From contig JAAYSR010000234.1 of NCBI GenBank assembly GCA_012518325.1, forward strand, positions 3,011-67,010: a stretch of DNA of 64,000 bases, read 5' to 3'. Positions within the stretch are counted from its first letter, which is position 1, and every line of letters starts with the position of its first letter. The notes below the pieces were generated by a model. It saw nothing but the letters and a program-made list of their open reading frames with translations. It was not told the origin of the DNA and ran no database searches. A program made the position numbers and the translations under genes. This DNA is from Bacillota bacterium. Lineage in GTDB: Bacteria > Bacillota > Limnochordia > Darwinibacteriales > Darwinibacteriaceae. Shown piece by piece: positions 42,587 through 52,800 of this stretch.

Positions 42587-43793
42587 CTGCTGCTTCTCCC
42601 AACGCCTTGAGCACCAAATCCAAATGGGCTGTGATTTCTTCCACAGCCCCTTCCGGGGCAGTTTCCAGAGCTTCCAGCAAGAGCTCCTTAGCTTCTTCAT
42701 AACGTCCCACCAGGTAGTATCCGTAACCTAGGGTATCCAGATAAATATCCCTGCGCTCCAGTTCAACAGCGCGTTCTGCCATTTCAACCGCCTTGTCAAT
42801 CTGCACTTCACGCAGCAGGTAATGGTAAGCCAGGTTATTGAGGGCCAAGTGATTATCGGGCTGACGCATCAGTACCTGCTGGTAGTTCTCAACTACACCC
42901 AAAAAGTTGTCCAAACCGTCATTAGCAAAGGCGCGATACAGATAAACCTGCCAAAAGTGGGGGGCTAAGGCCAGCATCTGCTGACTGATCTCCAAAGCGG
43001 CCTCAAAGTTCTCCCCATGGAATTCCTCCAGAAGGCGAGCGCGCAGCTCACTCAGCTCTGCCAGTCTTGGCATTGGATTGTCCTCCCATTCTTCCTGGAA
43101 GGACCAGTTAGAAAAGGACATGTGCACCTCGCCTGGAGCATCCGCAACTTCCAGCCTGGCCGGCACCCAGCCGCCTGGACCAGGTTCCAGAGCAACCCGA
43201 GCCTGCTCAGGGCCGAAGTAAAGCTCCAGCTCGACCTGGATCAGCTGTTCTTCCTCCACAAGATAGGATGACACAACCAGCAGGGTTTGCTTGCCCTGCC
43301 GGATCAAGAGAGGCAAACCGGTTTCCTCATCAAACCATAATAGGAACTGTGGATCATCAACCGCCGTAAAACGCTTGGCTTTCCGCTCAGCAATGGTTTC
43401 CCTGCCGGAAAATGACAGCGGAAGGCGGGAAAACTCAGCCAAGGCAAAGATCTGGTTCTTGACATCCTCAAACAGCCAGAAGCGATCATAGCCGTATTCG
43501 TACTCGCTTCCCCTCTGGACCTCTAAGAAATCGGCGTGGGCAGTGATGGTAACAGGTGCATCCCGAGTGACATACTTCAGCTGAAATCCGTCGGGGTAGG
43601 CGAATGTAAGCAGGCCGCTGACGAGCAAAGTCGTTTCGCCGTTTTCAATCAGCTCAGCTGCTACTGTACTGCTTCCATATTGATGCTCAAACCAGTCTGC
43701 CGGATGCTCATTTCCAGATACAAGGCCATTAAATCCACAAATAAGTATGAACAGCAGCTGCAAAAACACTAACCTGGATCTGTACAGGTTCAA
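42579..43793 (-). CDS. Secreted TPR-repeat protein with an N-terminal LolA-like/beta-barrel segment
   Basis: 404 aa. It has a signal peptide, and the C-terminal half carries TPR-like repeats (ALNNLAYHYL, GYGYYLVGRYEEA). Confidence 0.6.
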   Translation of the reverse strand: MNLYRSRLVFLQLLFILICGFNGLVSGNEHPADWFEHQYGSSTVAAELIENGETTLLVSGLLTFAYPDGFQLKYVTRDAPVTITAHADFLEVQRGSEYEYGYDRFWLFEDVKNQIFALAEFSRLPLSFSGRETIAERKAKRFTAVDDPQFLLWFDEETGLPLLIRQGKQTLLVVSSYLVEEEQLIQVELELYFGPEQARVALEPGPGGWVPARLEVADAPGEVHMSFSNWSFQEEWEDNPMPRLAELSELRARLLEEFHGENFEAALEISQQMLALAPHFWQVYLYRAFANDGLDNFLGVVENYQQVLMRQPDNHLALNNLAYHYLLREVQIDKAVEMAERAVELERRDIYLDTLGYGYYLVGRYEEAKELLLEALETAPEGAVEEITAHLDLVLKALGEAADE

Positions 43794-44575
43794 TAGTCGG
43801 TCTCCCCCCTCAAACCCTCCATAATGGCCACTCCCGAGCTGGCCCCCAGGCGGTTGGCGCCGGCCTTAATCATCGCCACAGCAGTTTCAGCATCCCGTAT
43901 GCCTCCGGAAGCTTTCACACCGCAGTCGGCACCCACAACCTTTCGCATCAGGGCAACATCTTCTGCCGTAGCGCCGCCCGGTCCAAATCCTGTGGAGGTC
44001 TTGACAAAATCGGCTCCGGCCATTTTGGCCAGGATGCAGCCTCTGACAATCTGCTCCTTGGTTAAATAACCTGTTTCCAGGATCACTTTCAAAACCTGCC
44101 CGGGCACTCCATCACGGACCGCTTTGATATCCGAATACACCCTGGCATAATCCCCCTCCAAAAGGGCGCCTATGTTCATCACCATATCAACTTCTTCTGC
44201 CCCTGCCGCCACAGCATCCCGTGCTTCCAAAACCTTGCACAGCGTGGAGTTGGCACCTAAGGGAAATCCAATCACAGTGCAGACTTTGACTGCGCTGCCT
44301 GCTAGAATTCCGGCAGCGGCAGGGACATGCACCGGATTCACACATACGGACGCAAACTCATAGTCCAGGGCCTCTTGGCAAAGCTGCCTGATTTGGGCCT
44401 GCGACGCAGTAGGTTTTAACAAAGTATGATCTATAAAGGAAGCAAGGGAGCTGTTCTCAGGTGCTGCAGCACCCTTTGTGCCATCGTCTGCAACCGGAAC
44501 CGCCAGGCGAATTCCCTGTCTGGCCAACGCTAAGCCGACTTCCTCCCTTTGCTCTTCCAACCATTTGTGATCCAT
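43790..44575 (-). CDS. deoC: Deoxyribose-phosphate aldolase
   Basis: The core reads IDHTLLKP...VCVNP...VIGFPLG...FVKTSTGF and includes the Schiff-base lysine region. It has an unusual N-terminal extension of about 45 aa, or a later start. Confidence 0.88.
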   Translation of the reverse strand: MDHKWLEEQREEVGLALARQGIRLAVPVADDGTKGAAAPENSSLASFIDHTLLKPTASQAQIRQLCQEALDYEFASVCVNPVHVPAAAGILAGSAVKVCTVIGFPLGANSTLCKVLEARDAVAAGAEEVDMVMNIGALLEGDYARVYSDIKAVRDGVPGQVLKVILETGYLTKEQIVRGCILAKMAGADFVKTSTGFGPGGATAEDVALMRKVVGADCGVKASGGIRDAETAVAMIKAGANRLGASSGVAIMEGLRGETDY

Positions 44576-44578
44576 GTT

Positions 44579-45187
44579 TTACACCCTTTCATAGTTCCAT
44601 AACTCGGCTCGACTGGTGGAAACAGCCAATACCGGAGGCCTGACAATCCGCTCCAGCTCCTCCTCGGTTTCAACCAACCCTCCAGCAATCATGGGCGGCA
44701 GTTCGTGGGACAAGAGACGTTCGCGCACAGCGGGCACCACCAGCGCCGGCAAAATCTCCACAGCGTCCGGCTGACTGGACTCAATCATGCGCAATCCGGT
44801 TTTCAGTGCTTCCGAATCCAGCATAAACAGTCGCTGAATACCCAGCATGCCCGCCTTTTGTGCCGCTGCTACCAGGTATCCCTTTGTGGTCAGGATGCCG
44901 TCAATGCCTACCTCATTGGCCAGCACTTCCATGCCCGGACCGTCTTTGGCAATCCCGGCAATCAGGTCCACATGGGCAAACAGCATCTGCCCCTGCTCCT
45001 TGCAAAACTTCGCTAAACTCCTGAGTTCAAAAATGTCACCTGTCAGATAAAAACAGACTTTTACACCCGCCTCGCCGGTAAGTCGGGCCTCCTTTATGCC
45101 TTTCAGCCCAGCGATAATCGGCTTCCGCCCTAAACCTTCCCTGAGGGTCTGCATCCGCCGTTTACGTACACTCTTGAAATTAATCAT
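44579..45187 (-). CDS. glpP: Glycerol-3-phosphate responsive antiterminator GlpP
   Basis: 202 aa. PIIAGLKG, HVDLIAGI and GIDGILTT match the GlpP family. Confidence 0.85.
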   Translation of the reverse strand: MINFKSVRKRRMQTLREGLGRKPIIAGLKGIKEARLTGEAGVKVCFYLTGDIFELRSLAKFCKEQGQMLFAHVDLIAGIAKDGPGMEVLANEVGIDGILTTKGYLVAAAQKAGMLGIQRLFMLDSEALKTGLRMIESSQPDAVEILPALVVPAVRERLLSHELPPMIAGGLVETEEELERIVRPPVLAVSTSRAELWNYERV

Positions 45188-46685
45188 CGCTCACCCAACT
45201 CTTGGCGCTGGCGATGGCTTTATCCCAGCCTTTAGCCAGCCGCAGGCGCTGAGCCTGTCTCATCTCCGGCTTATAAACCTGATCGGCCTGCCAATACTCG
45301 CGAATTTCCTCCGGGCTGTTCCAAAAACCCACAGCCAGCCCTGCCAAGTATGCAGCTCCAAGGGCGGTGGTTTCAAATATCCGCGGCCTTTGCACCTCGA
45401 TATCGGTAAGGTCTGCTAAGAACTGACAGATGAAATTGTTTACTGACGCTCCTCCATCCACCTTCAAAACCTTTAGGGGAAGCTGAGCGTCGGCGGCCAT
45501 GACATCTACTACATCCTTCGTCTGAAAAACGATGGCTTCAAGGGTAGCCCTGACTAGATGGGACTTAGTTACTCCTCTTGTAATGCCCATCATCATACCG
45601 CGCACATAGGGTTCCCAGTGGGGTGCCCCTAAGCCCACAAAGCTCGGGACAAAGTATACGCCATTGGTATCGGGCACAGACAGAGCCAGCGCTTCGGTTT
45701 CCGCTGCCTGCTTGATCAGCCCGAGTTCATCCCTGAGCCACTGGACTGCAGCCCCTGCCACAAACACGCTGCCTTCCAAAGCGTAGTCTACCTTGCCATC
45801 AATGCCCCAGGCAACAGTGGTTACTAGGCCCCTGTCTGAAGAGATCAGCCTGGAACCTGTGTTCATCAGGATAAATGCACCTGTGCCGAAGGTTGCCTTA
45901 ATGGTGCCTGGCTCAAAACAGGTCTGGCCAAACAGCGCCGCCTGCTGATCCCCTGCTGCCCCAGCAATAGGAATGCCTGCAGGAATCCTGCCGAGCTCTG
46001 CAGTGTGTCCGTAGACTGCGCTGGAAGGAACAACTTCAGGCAGAATCTCTTCCGGGATGTCCAGGGCATCCAAGAGATCGCAGTCCCACTTGAGATCAGC
46101 AATGTTAAAGAGCAGTGTCCTTGAGGCATTGCTGTAATCTGTAATGTGCCTCTGCCCTCCGGTGAGTTTGTAGATCAGCCAGGAATCAATTGTTCCAAAG
46201 GCCAGTTCGCCTTTTCCTGCCCTTTCCCGCAGCTCAGGACGGTGATCAAAAACCCACTTCAGCTTGGTGCCTGAAAAATAGGCATCTAAAATCAGGCCTG
46301 TCTTTTGCTTAAACAGAGGTTCCAAACCCTGCCTGCGCAAATCGTCGCAAATGCCTGCAGTTCTCCGGCATTGCCACACAATGGCCCTGGTCACCGGCTC
46401 ACCGGTTTTACGGTCCCAGAGCACCATCGTTTCGCGCTGATTAGTCACACCGATGGCTGCTACATCAGCGGGGTTTACACCTGTTTCTTGAAAAATGCGC
46501 TCCAAGAGCTCCAAAGTTCCAGCCCAGATTTCCAGGGCATCATGTTCCACCCAGCCCGGCTTGGGATAGTATTGGGTGAATTCCTGATACACTTTTCCGA
46601 CCATCTCAGACTGGCGGTCAAAGAGGATTACAGTAGTTCCCGTCGTTCCCTGATCAATTGCCAAAACGTATTTACCGAGCACCAT
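45180..46685 (-). CDS. glpK: Glycerol kinase
   Basis: 501 aa. The N-terminus is YVLAIDQGTTGTT, and the FGGY kinase motifs are present. Confidence 0.96.
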   Translation of the reverse strand: MVLGKYVLAIDQGTTGTTVILFDRQSEMVGKVYQEFTQYYPKPGWVEHDALEIWAGTLELLERIFQETGVNPADVAAIGVTNQRETMVLWDRKTGEPVTRAIVWQCRRTAGICDDLRRQGLEPLFKQKTGLILDAYFSGTKLKWVFDHRPELRERAGKGELAFGTIDSWLIYKLTGGQRHITDYSNASRTLLFNIADLKWDCDLLDALDIPEEILPEVVPSSAVYGHTAELGRIPAGIPIAGAAGDQQAALFGQTCFEPGTIKATFGTGAFILMNTGSRLISSDRGLVTTVAWGIDGKVDYALEGSVFVAGAAVQWLRDELGLIKQAAETEALALSVPDTNGVYFVPSFVGLGAPHWEPYVRGMMMGITRGVTKSHLVRATLEAIVFQTKDVVDVMAADAQLPLKVLKVDGGASVNNFICQFLADLTDIEVQRPRIFETTALGAAYLAGLAVGFWNSPEEIREYWQADQVYKPEMRQAQRLRLAKGWDKAIASAKSWVSDD

Positions 46686-46692
46686 TGGACGC

Positions 46693-46726
46693 CTCCTTTT
46701 GCTACCCTAAATTCTGCAAAAGGGGA
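46693..46726 (-). promoter_or_regulatory. Stem-loop that would sequester the glpK RBS, a candidate GlpP or translational control element
   Basis: On the mRNA, CCCCTTTTGC is followed by a 12-nt loop and then GCAAAAGGAGG. The downstream arm contains the glpK GGAGG, 8 nt before the ATG. No T-tract follows the hairpin. Confidence 0.4.
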
Positions 46727-47290
46727 CTATTTCCTTCCAAACACACCTTCGTCAGTGGCTAGGAAGTCCACCGGCCTGTCCCAGGGATCTACAGGCACAT
46801 CGCGCACAAAGGTCTGATACACTAAGCCAACGGTCTTCGCAGGCGTCGAGGCCAGAAACCGGTCATAGTAGCCGCCTCCGTAGCCGATGCGGTAGCCCTG
46901 AGGTGAAAAGGCCAGGCCTGGCACCAGTATCAGATCCAGCTCTTCAGGGTCAGCAGCAGGGGCTTCCGGTCCAGGTTCCAAAATGCCAAAGACGGCAGGG
47001 GAAAGAGCTTCCCGGGATGTAAAACGCCTGGCCACAAGCCCCTTGGGATTGCTCTGCACCACCGGCACGTATACTTCTTTGCCCAGGGACAGGGAGTGTT
47101 CTGCAATCTGCCAGGTGTCGATTTCCCAGCCGAAGGAGAGATAGGTCATGACGTTGTGAGCCTCTGCATAAACCTGATGTTGGGAAAGATGCTGAAAGAT
47201 CGCCTGATTCCACTGCTCCCGCAGATCCTTCGGCACCCTGCCCCTCTCCCTTTTCAATTCCCTTCTAAGCTCATTCTTGCTCATGATCAT
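46727..47290 (-). CDS. 5-formyltetrahydrofolate cyclo-ligase
   Basis: 187 aa. GYGGGYYDR is the 5-FTHF cyclo-ligase motif. Confidence 0.88.
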   Translation of the reverse strand: MIMSKNELRRELKRERGRVPKDLREQWNQAIFQHLSQHQVYAEAHNVMTYLSFGWEIDTWQIAEHSLSLGKEVYVPVVQSNPKGLVARRFTSREALSPAVFGILEPGPEAPAADPEELDLILVPGLAFSPQGYRIGYGGGYYDRFLASTPAKTVGLVYQTFVRDVPVDPWDRPVDFLATDEGVFGRK

Positions 47291-48560
47291 TCACCGGCCT
47301 TATCACAACAGTAGTCGACCGCTCCCAGTCAAGATGCTCTGCCAGGGCAGCCTGCACCTCATCTGCTGTCACGCTTTGCAGCACTTCCAGGAAACTGTCA
47401 GAGGGGATCCCCCGAAAATAGTTGGAGATCAGGCGATTTGCGGTATACTCGAAGGAGTCGTAGGACGCAAGATGCGCCCCGTAAAACTGCCTTTTCAGGC
47501 GTTCTACATCGCCGCTGGAAACTCGGGCAGTCTTCAGTTCGTTGATGATCCCGCTCAATGCATGATGGAGGGCATCAGGATCCCGGGTTTCCGAGCCCAT
47601 GGCTGAGTAGGCAAATCTAGGGTCTGCGCTGAAGTATGCTGAAAAAGAGTCTGTAATCAAGTCTTCTGCGTACAGCCTCTCATAGCTTGCGGAGCTCCGG
47701 CCTGCAATCAGCCTCATGCCCAAAGACATCACAATCTGTTGGCGGAGAAGATCCTCCCCCTGCCAGACGGGCTCGTGCTTAAAACCTAAGAGATAGCGGG
47801 GACGAGAAACTGGCAGTTCTTCCTCTACCCTGGCGGCCTTGACCTGACGCGGCTCTGGAGGATCAAAACGCTCAATGGGTCCTGTGCTTTGCTCCCAGAC
47901 GGGATAGTTGTCCTCGATCATCTGGAGAGTCTGAGCCGGATCCACATCGCCGACAACTGCCAGCGCCATGTTTCCGGGCTGGTAGAAGGTATTGTAGCAG
48001 CGCATCAGATCAGCCACAGTGGTTCTTTGCACCGACTCTGCCGTGCCGCCGATATCCAGCCTGACGGGATGCTCGCTGTACAGGTTCTCCAAGAGCAGAC
48101 TGTGGATGCGGTGACTCGGATAATCTGCATACATTTGCAGCTCCTGGATAATGATTCCCTTCTCTTTCTCTACGTTTTCGTCCGTCAAATGGGGACTGTT
48201 CACAAACTCAATCAAAAGCCGCAGGCAATCCTCCCAATTCTCGGTGGTAGAAAAGAGATAGCTCGTTTGGGTATAGCTGGTAAAGGCATTGACAGATGCG
48301 CCCCATTCCGCGTAACGGCTGAAAACACTGCCTCCTTCCTCCTCAAAGAGTTTGTGTTCGAGGAAGTGGGCAATACCCGCGGGAACATCCACGCAATCTC
48401 CGCCGGAAACTCCAAATCTAAGATCTATGGAGCCGTAATTGGTGGACAACATCCCGTAGGTTCTCAAAAACTGCTTTCTAGGAAAGACAAAACAGCTTAA
48501 ACCATTGGGCAGCCGTTTGCTGTATACGGTATCTCCAGTGGGGGTCTTAATCTTCTCCAT
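47271..48560 (-). CDS. M16 family zinc peptidase (insulinase-like, with HxxEH)
   Basis: The start MEKIKTP at 48560 has RBS AAGGAAGGAG. GIAHFLEHKLF is the inverted zinc motif HxxEH. Confidence 0.85.
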   Translation of the reverse strand: MEKIKTPTGDTVYSKRLPNGLSCFVFPRKQFLRTYGMLSTNYGSIDLRFGVSGGDCVDVPAGIAHFLEHKLFEEEGGSVFSRYAEWGASVNAFTSYTQTSYLFSTTENWEDCLRLLIEFVNSPHLTDENVEKEKGIIIQELQMYADYPSHRIHSLLLENLYSEHPVRLDIGGTAESVQRTTVADLMRCYNTFYQPGNMALAVVGDVDPAQTLQMIEDNYPVWEQSTGPIERFDPPEPRQVKAARVEEELPVSRPRYLLGFKHEPVWQGEDLLRQQIVMSLGMRLIAGRSSASYERLYAEDLITDSFSAYFSADPRFAYSAMGSETRDPDALHHALSGIINELKTARVSSGDVERLKRQFYGAHLASYDSFEYTANRLISNYFRGIPSDSFLEVLQSVTADEVQAALAEHLDWERSTTVVIRPVNDHEQE

Positions 48561-49833
48561 AGTTTGCTCCTTCCTTTTGCCCTGGACGCAGCAGATAGGT
48601 GGTGTCGAGTTCAATGCCCTGCATCGCTCGGACGCAATCATCATATTCCACCCTGCTGATGGCTTCCACAACCTGGTCTACGGAGCGCAGCTCCCCCTCC
48701 ACCATTCCGATCACATTGCGATCGATAATGCCTGCAGGATTATCGTTGATGCCGGTCATAGCACTGATCAGGCCCCGTTTTGTCTGCTCCAGCTCCTCAG
48801 GGCTGATCCGCCCTCCTTTAATGGCATTCACCTGCTCATTAATGATTTCCACAGCCTGCTCCCGGCTGTCATCGCTGATGCCTGCTACGATCGTAAGCAG
48901 TCCCTTGCTGCCTTCAATGCTCGAACCCACAGAATAAGCAAGGCTGGCTCTTTCGCGCACATTCATGAACAGTTTGGAGTGGGGAAAGCCGCCGAGAACT
49001 CCGTTGCCCACCAGCAGCGCATAGTAATCGTCATCAAGATAGGTGCAGTTTGTACGGTACCCCATTACCAGAACTGTTTGGTTTACATCCAGAGATTCCT
49101 CGAAAACCCGCTCCCCTTCAACCTGAACTCTCATAGGCTTCTGCAGCGTGACACTGCGGCCGGAGCTTGGGATCAGCGACGCGAAGAGATCTGCCGCCTG
49201 GTCAAGGTTGGACCCGACGATGAAAACATCCAGGGGATGCCTTTGCAGCAGGTTCTGGTAATGCTCATATACAAAGCGGTTGTCCAAGTGTTCCAAGCTT
49301 TCCAGATCACCATATTTGTAAATCCCAAAGGGTTCGTCCTCGCACATCAGGGCTGTAAACCGAGCTAGGGCATAGGATCGCTTATCATTGACCAACCCCT
49401 TCAAATCCTGTTCCAAGGTGCGCTTTTCCTGTGAGAAATACGGCTCATGGAAGCGATCGCCAGGGCCAAAGGGTTCGGTAAAAATCTGCCAAAACGACCT
49501 TAGCCCCCGCTCCAACAGTTTCTCTCCCTGCGGCAGCAGTTTGGGGTCCACCATTTGAAAGTAGAGCTCAAGGATCTGCCTCTCACCGACTTTCAAAATG
49601 TCAGAACCAAACTCCGCCGCATACAGCTCCTCCGACTCCCGGGCAATATGCAGGGTGGAAGGAAAGGTTCGCGATCCCCTGCGCAGCAAAAGAGGCAGGA
49701 GCGCGGTGCCCGTCGCCTCCTTTTCCTTCAGGTCCTGCTGGATAAAGATCTTGCAGGTCAGGGACGTAAACTTATCCGTTTCACAAAGGTGCAGGCGCAC
49801 ACCTTCGCTCAGTTCACACTGTGTGAATTTCAC
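48547..49833 (-). CDS. M16 family peptidase, non-catalytic-type partner (no HxxEH)
   Basis: The probable GTG start at 49833 lies after AAGGAGGAG. The gene is paired with the upstream M16 gene, a pair that resembles YmfF/YmfH. Confidence 0.8.
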   Translation of the reverse strand: MKFTQCELSEGVRLHLCETDKFTSLTCKIFIQQDLKEKEATGTALLPLLLRRGSRTFPSTLHIARESEELYAAEFGSDILKVGERQILELYFQMVDPKLLPQGEKLLERGLRSFWQIFTEPFGPGDRFHEPYFSQEKRTLEQDLKGLVNDKRSYALARFTALMCEDEPFGIYKYGDLESLEHLDNRFVYEHYQNLLQRHPLDVFIVGSNLDQAADLFASLIPSSGRSVTLQKPMRVQVEGERVFEESLDVNQTVLVMGYRTNCTYLDDDYYALLVGNGVLGGFPHSKLFMNVRERASLAYSVGSSIEGSKGLLTIVAGISDDSREQAVEIINEQVNAIKGGRISPEELEQTKRGLISAMTGINDNPAGIIDRNVIGMVEGELRSVDQVVEAISRVEYDDCVRAMQGIELDTTYLLRPGQKEGANYGED

Positions 49834-52800
49834 AATAACTCCTCCTTGGCCCATTCCATGTCAATACCTGTATTCTCCCCAAAAGGAGAAACATCATTAG
49901 AAGTTCTGCAATATGCATTCTGGGGGCAGAGAGAACAGTCGCTCCTGATGGGAAAAGCCGCCGCGCCCTGTTCAGAGCCTTGAATGATGTCTGTACAGGT
50001 CTTAATCAGCCACTCTTCTGTCTGATCAGCGTCCAAGAGCCGAGCTTCCAGCCCGTATAAACGGTTAGGTATCAGGAAATAGGCTTGCGAGCTGATTACA
50101 GGCAGCCCAAACTCCCTAGCCATCGCCCAGGCATAGAGGCGAAGCTGCACATCATAACCTGCACCCACCTGAGTCACCTGGTCATGGGTGATCCAGTTGG
50201 ACTTGAAGTCGACAATCTCAATGCCCCCCTCACCGAGGTAGACATGGTCAACCAAGCCGTTTACATAAAAGTCGCCCGCGGGAATAATAAAATCATGTTC
50301 CTGGAAAATCTTGCCCCGTCCCTGCTCCAGCCGCACTCTGCTAAAAAACTCACTGTTTAGGTAGGCTGTGATAACCTCCTCCAGCCCGGACTTCTGCCTA
50401 TTATCCAGTACCACACCTTCCATCGCGGCAGCATGTTCCACCAGTTCCGACAGCATGCGCGGGTCTTTGATCTGTTCAACCACCCGGTGCACAATATTTC
50501 CCCTCTGGGTCCCGCTCAGGGGCGCCCCGGCACCGCCTGAACCAGCCTGAACTCTGACGGGCTTGCGTTCAGGCACGCCTAGAATATAGCGGAGATAATA
50601 ATAGCGAGGACAGCGGGCATAACTCATCAATGAAGTGACGGAAAAGGAAACCTGATTGTATTGGGGCGTAAGCGGCACATAGTCTGGAAACTCCGGTTGC
50701 ACAAGTTCTGCCGAAGGCGCCTTGCCTTCAAGGGGCGGCAGGGTCCCCGGCACCTCCCTATAAAGATCTCCCGGCAGCCATTCGAGGGCAGCCTGGAGCC
50801 AGGACCACCAGCTGTCTTTCGCTGTCTTGCCGTCCCTGGCACACCAGTAAAGCCTCTCTTCAGCCCTGGTGACAGCTACATAAAGCAAGCGCTTGGCCTC
50901 GCTGATTTCTTCCTGCTTTTCGATCTCTTTCAGACGTTCAAAGCTTGCCATGCCGCGATAGGTTAAGCCAATGTCGGGATGGTACAGAATATCTCCCTTC
51001 TGAGCCCGCACTGCTCCGGCATTGGTGTCAGGCAGAAAGACTACTGGAAACTCCAAGCCCTTAGCCCCGTGAATCGTCCGCAGCACCACCACATCGGCAT
51101 GTTCCGCATCAAGGAGGGCCTCTCCCTCTTTTTGCGCTTCTCGTGCCATCAGGCGCAGAAATCTCGCTTGTTCCGGAATTGCATACACATCCTTGGCAAA
51201 GAGATCCCAGCTTTGTTCCAGAAGTTTTTCTATGTTGGCAACCTTTTGCGGTCCGAAAGGCAGGCGCCAGGTTTTAGCCACATAGTCTGTCCGCTGCAGC
51301 AGGCTGGATATAACCTCCGGGGCGGGTCTGTGCCTGGACTGGGCTTTGAGAAAGTCATAGTCTGCCTGCGACTTGACCACCGCTTCCTGCTCCTTGGCGC
51401 TCAGCTTGTCCAAGCGTCCCTGTCTAAGCCAGAACAGGCCTTCATCGGAAACCAGATAGAACGGAGAGCGCAGCACTGCCAATCGCGCGGCCTCATCCTG
51501 AGCATCTTCCAGCCAGCGGAAGTAGTGCAGAACATCCTGGATCTCCTGTTTTGAAAAAAACCCGCGGCCGCTGAGATTCACATAGGGAATGCCAGCTTCT
51601 TTCAGGGCTTTCTCATAAATGTGCGCATTGGTCATCGCCCGGAAGAGAAGGGAGATATCCTCATAGCGGTACTCTCCTCCGTCCACCAGCTTTCTGATCT
51701 TGAGGGCGATCTGCTCGGCCTCCAGTGCCCTGGCCTCGGCAGAAAGCTCATCTTCTGCCGGCGTCCGCAGGATCGCCACGCAAGGTTGTCCAGCTTCTTC
51801 TTTTTTTGCCGCACTTTTTTCAAAGCCTATGGCTTCCCCGGCCAAAAGTTCGCCAAAAAAAGCATTGACAAAACTGAGCAGCTCAGGGCGGGAGCGGAAG
51901 TTCTCCTCCAAAAACACAGTCTCGCCGGCAGCTGCAATTTCTGCCTTAGTATCCAGAAAGACCCCTACATCTGCACCGCGGAAACGATAGATCGACTGCT
52001 TAGGGTCACCTACTACAAAAAGCGTGGCACCGCCTTCTACAAGCGAGTCCACAATTTTTTTCTGCAGGGGATTGGTGTCCTGGAATTCATCTACGCACAG
52101 ATGCTTAAAGGGGTAGTCGGCAAGGACATTCGGATCCTGCAGAAGCTCGTAGGCAAGCTGTTCCAGGTCATTGTAGTCCAAGACGCCGAAGAGTCTCTTC
52201 CTCTCTCGGTAAAGCTCGTGGACCTGTGCCAAAATCTCCCCTACATACGCAAGGATCATTCGGCCCTGCTTCTCCTTAATGATCCCCTGGGCCCTTTCGA
52301 TTAAGTTCCGAAACTCCCGGGTTTGCTCAGCCAGCTTTCCCCTTATTTTCTTAATCAGATTAAGCAGTACATCCAGAGCCTCCAGGCGCAGCCCGTCATC
52401 TGGGAAGGCCAACAGGTCAGCCAGAGCAGGCCACTCCTCTGCCAGTTCTGCCAATATCCGTTCCTGGACCTCGGTGGTGGGTTTTAGGGCTAACACCCAT
52501 GCGGCAGCCTGACGGAGCTGGAACAAGGGGAAATCTTCCACCTCGTCCTCTGAAAAAGCATAATCGAAGTCAAAATCCCCCTTGCCGGCCATTTTCTCAT
52601 ACAAGTCCAGCACCATAGCTGCAACTTCAGAGGGACTGCCCAGCTCTTCAGGCGGATCCGACTCAGCGATCACTTCTTCAACCGCCTCGCCGAGCATAAC
52701 CCTGGTTTCCCACTCTTCTCCCACACGAAAACGGGGATCAATCCCTGCCTGGAGAGGGTGTTCCTTAATAATGCGCTGACAGAGACTGTGGATCGTTGAA

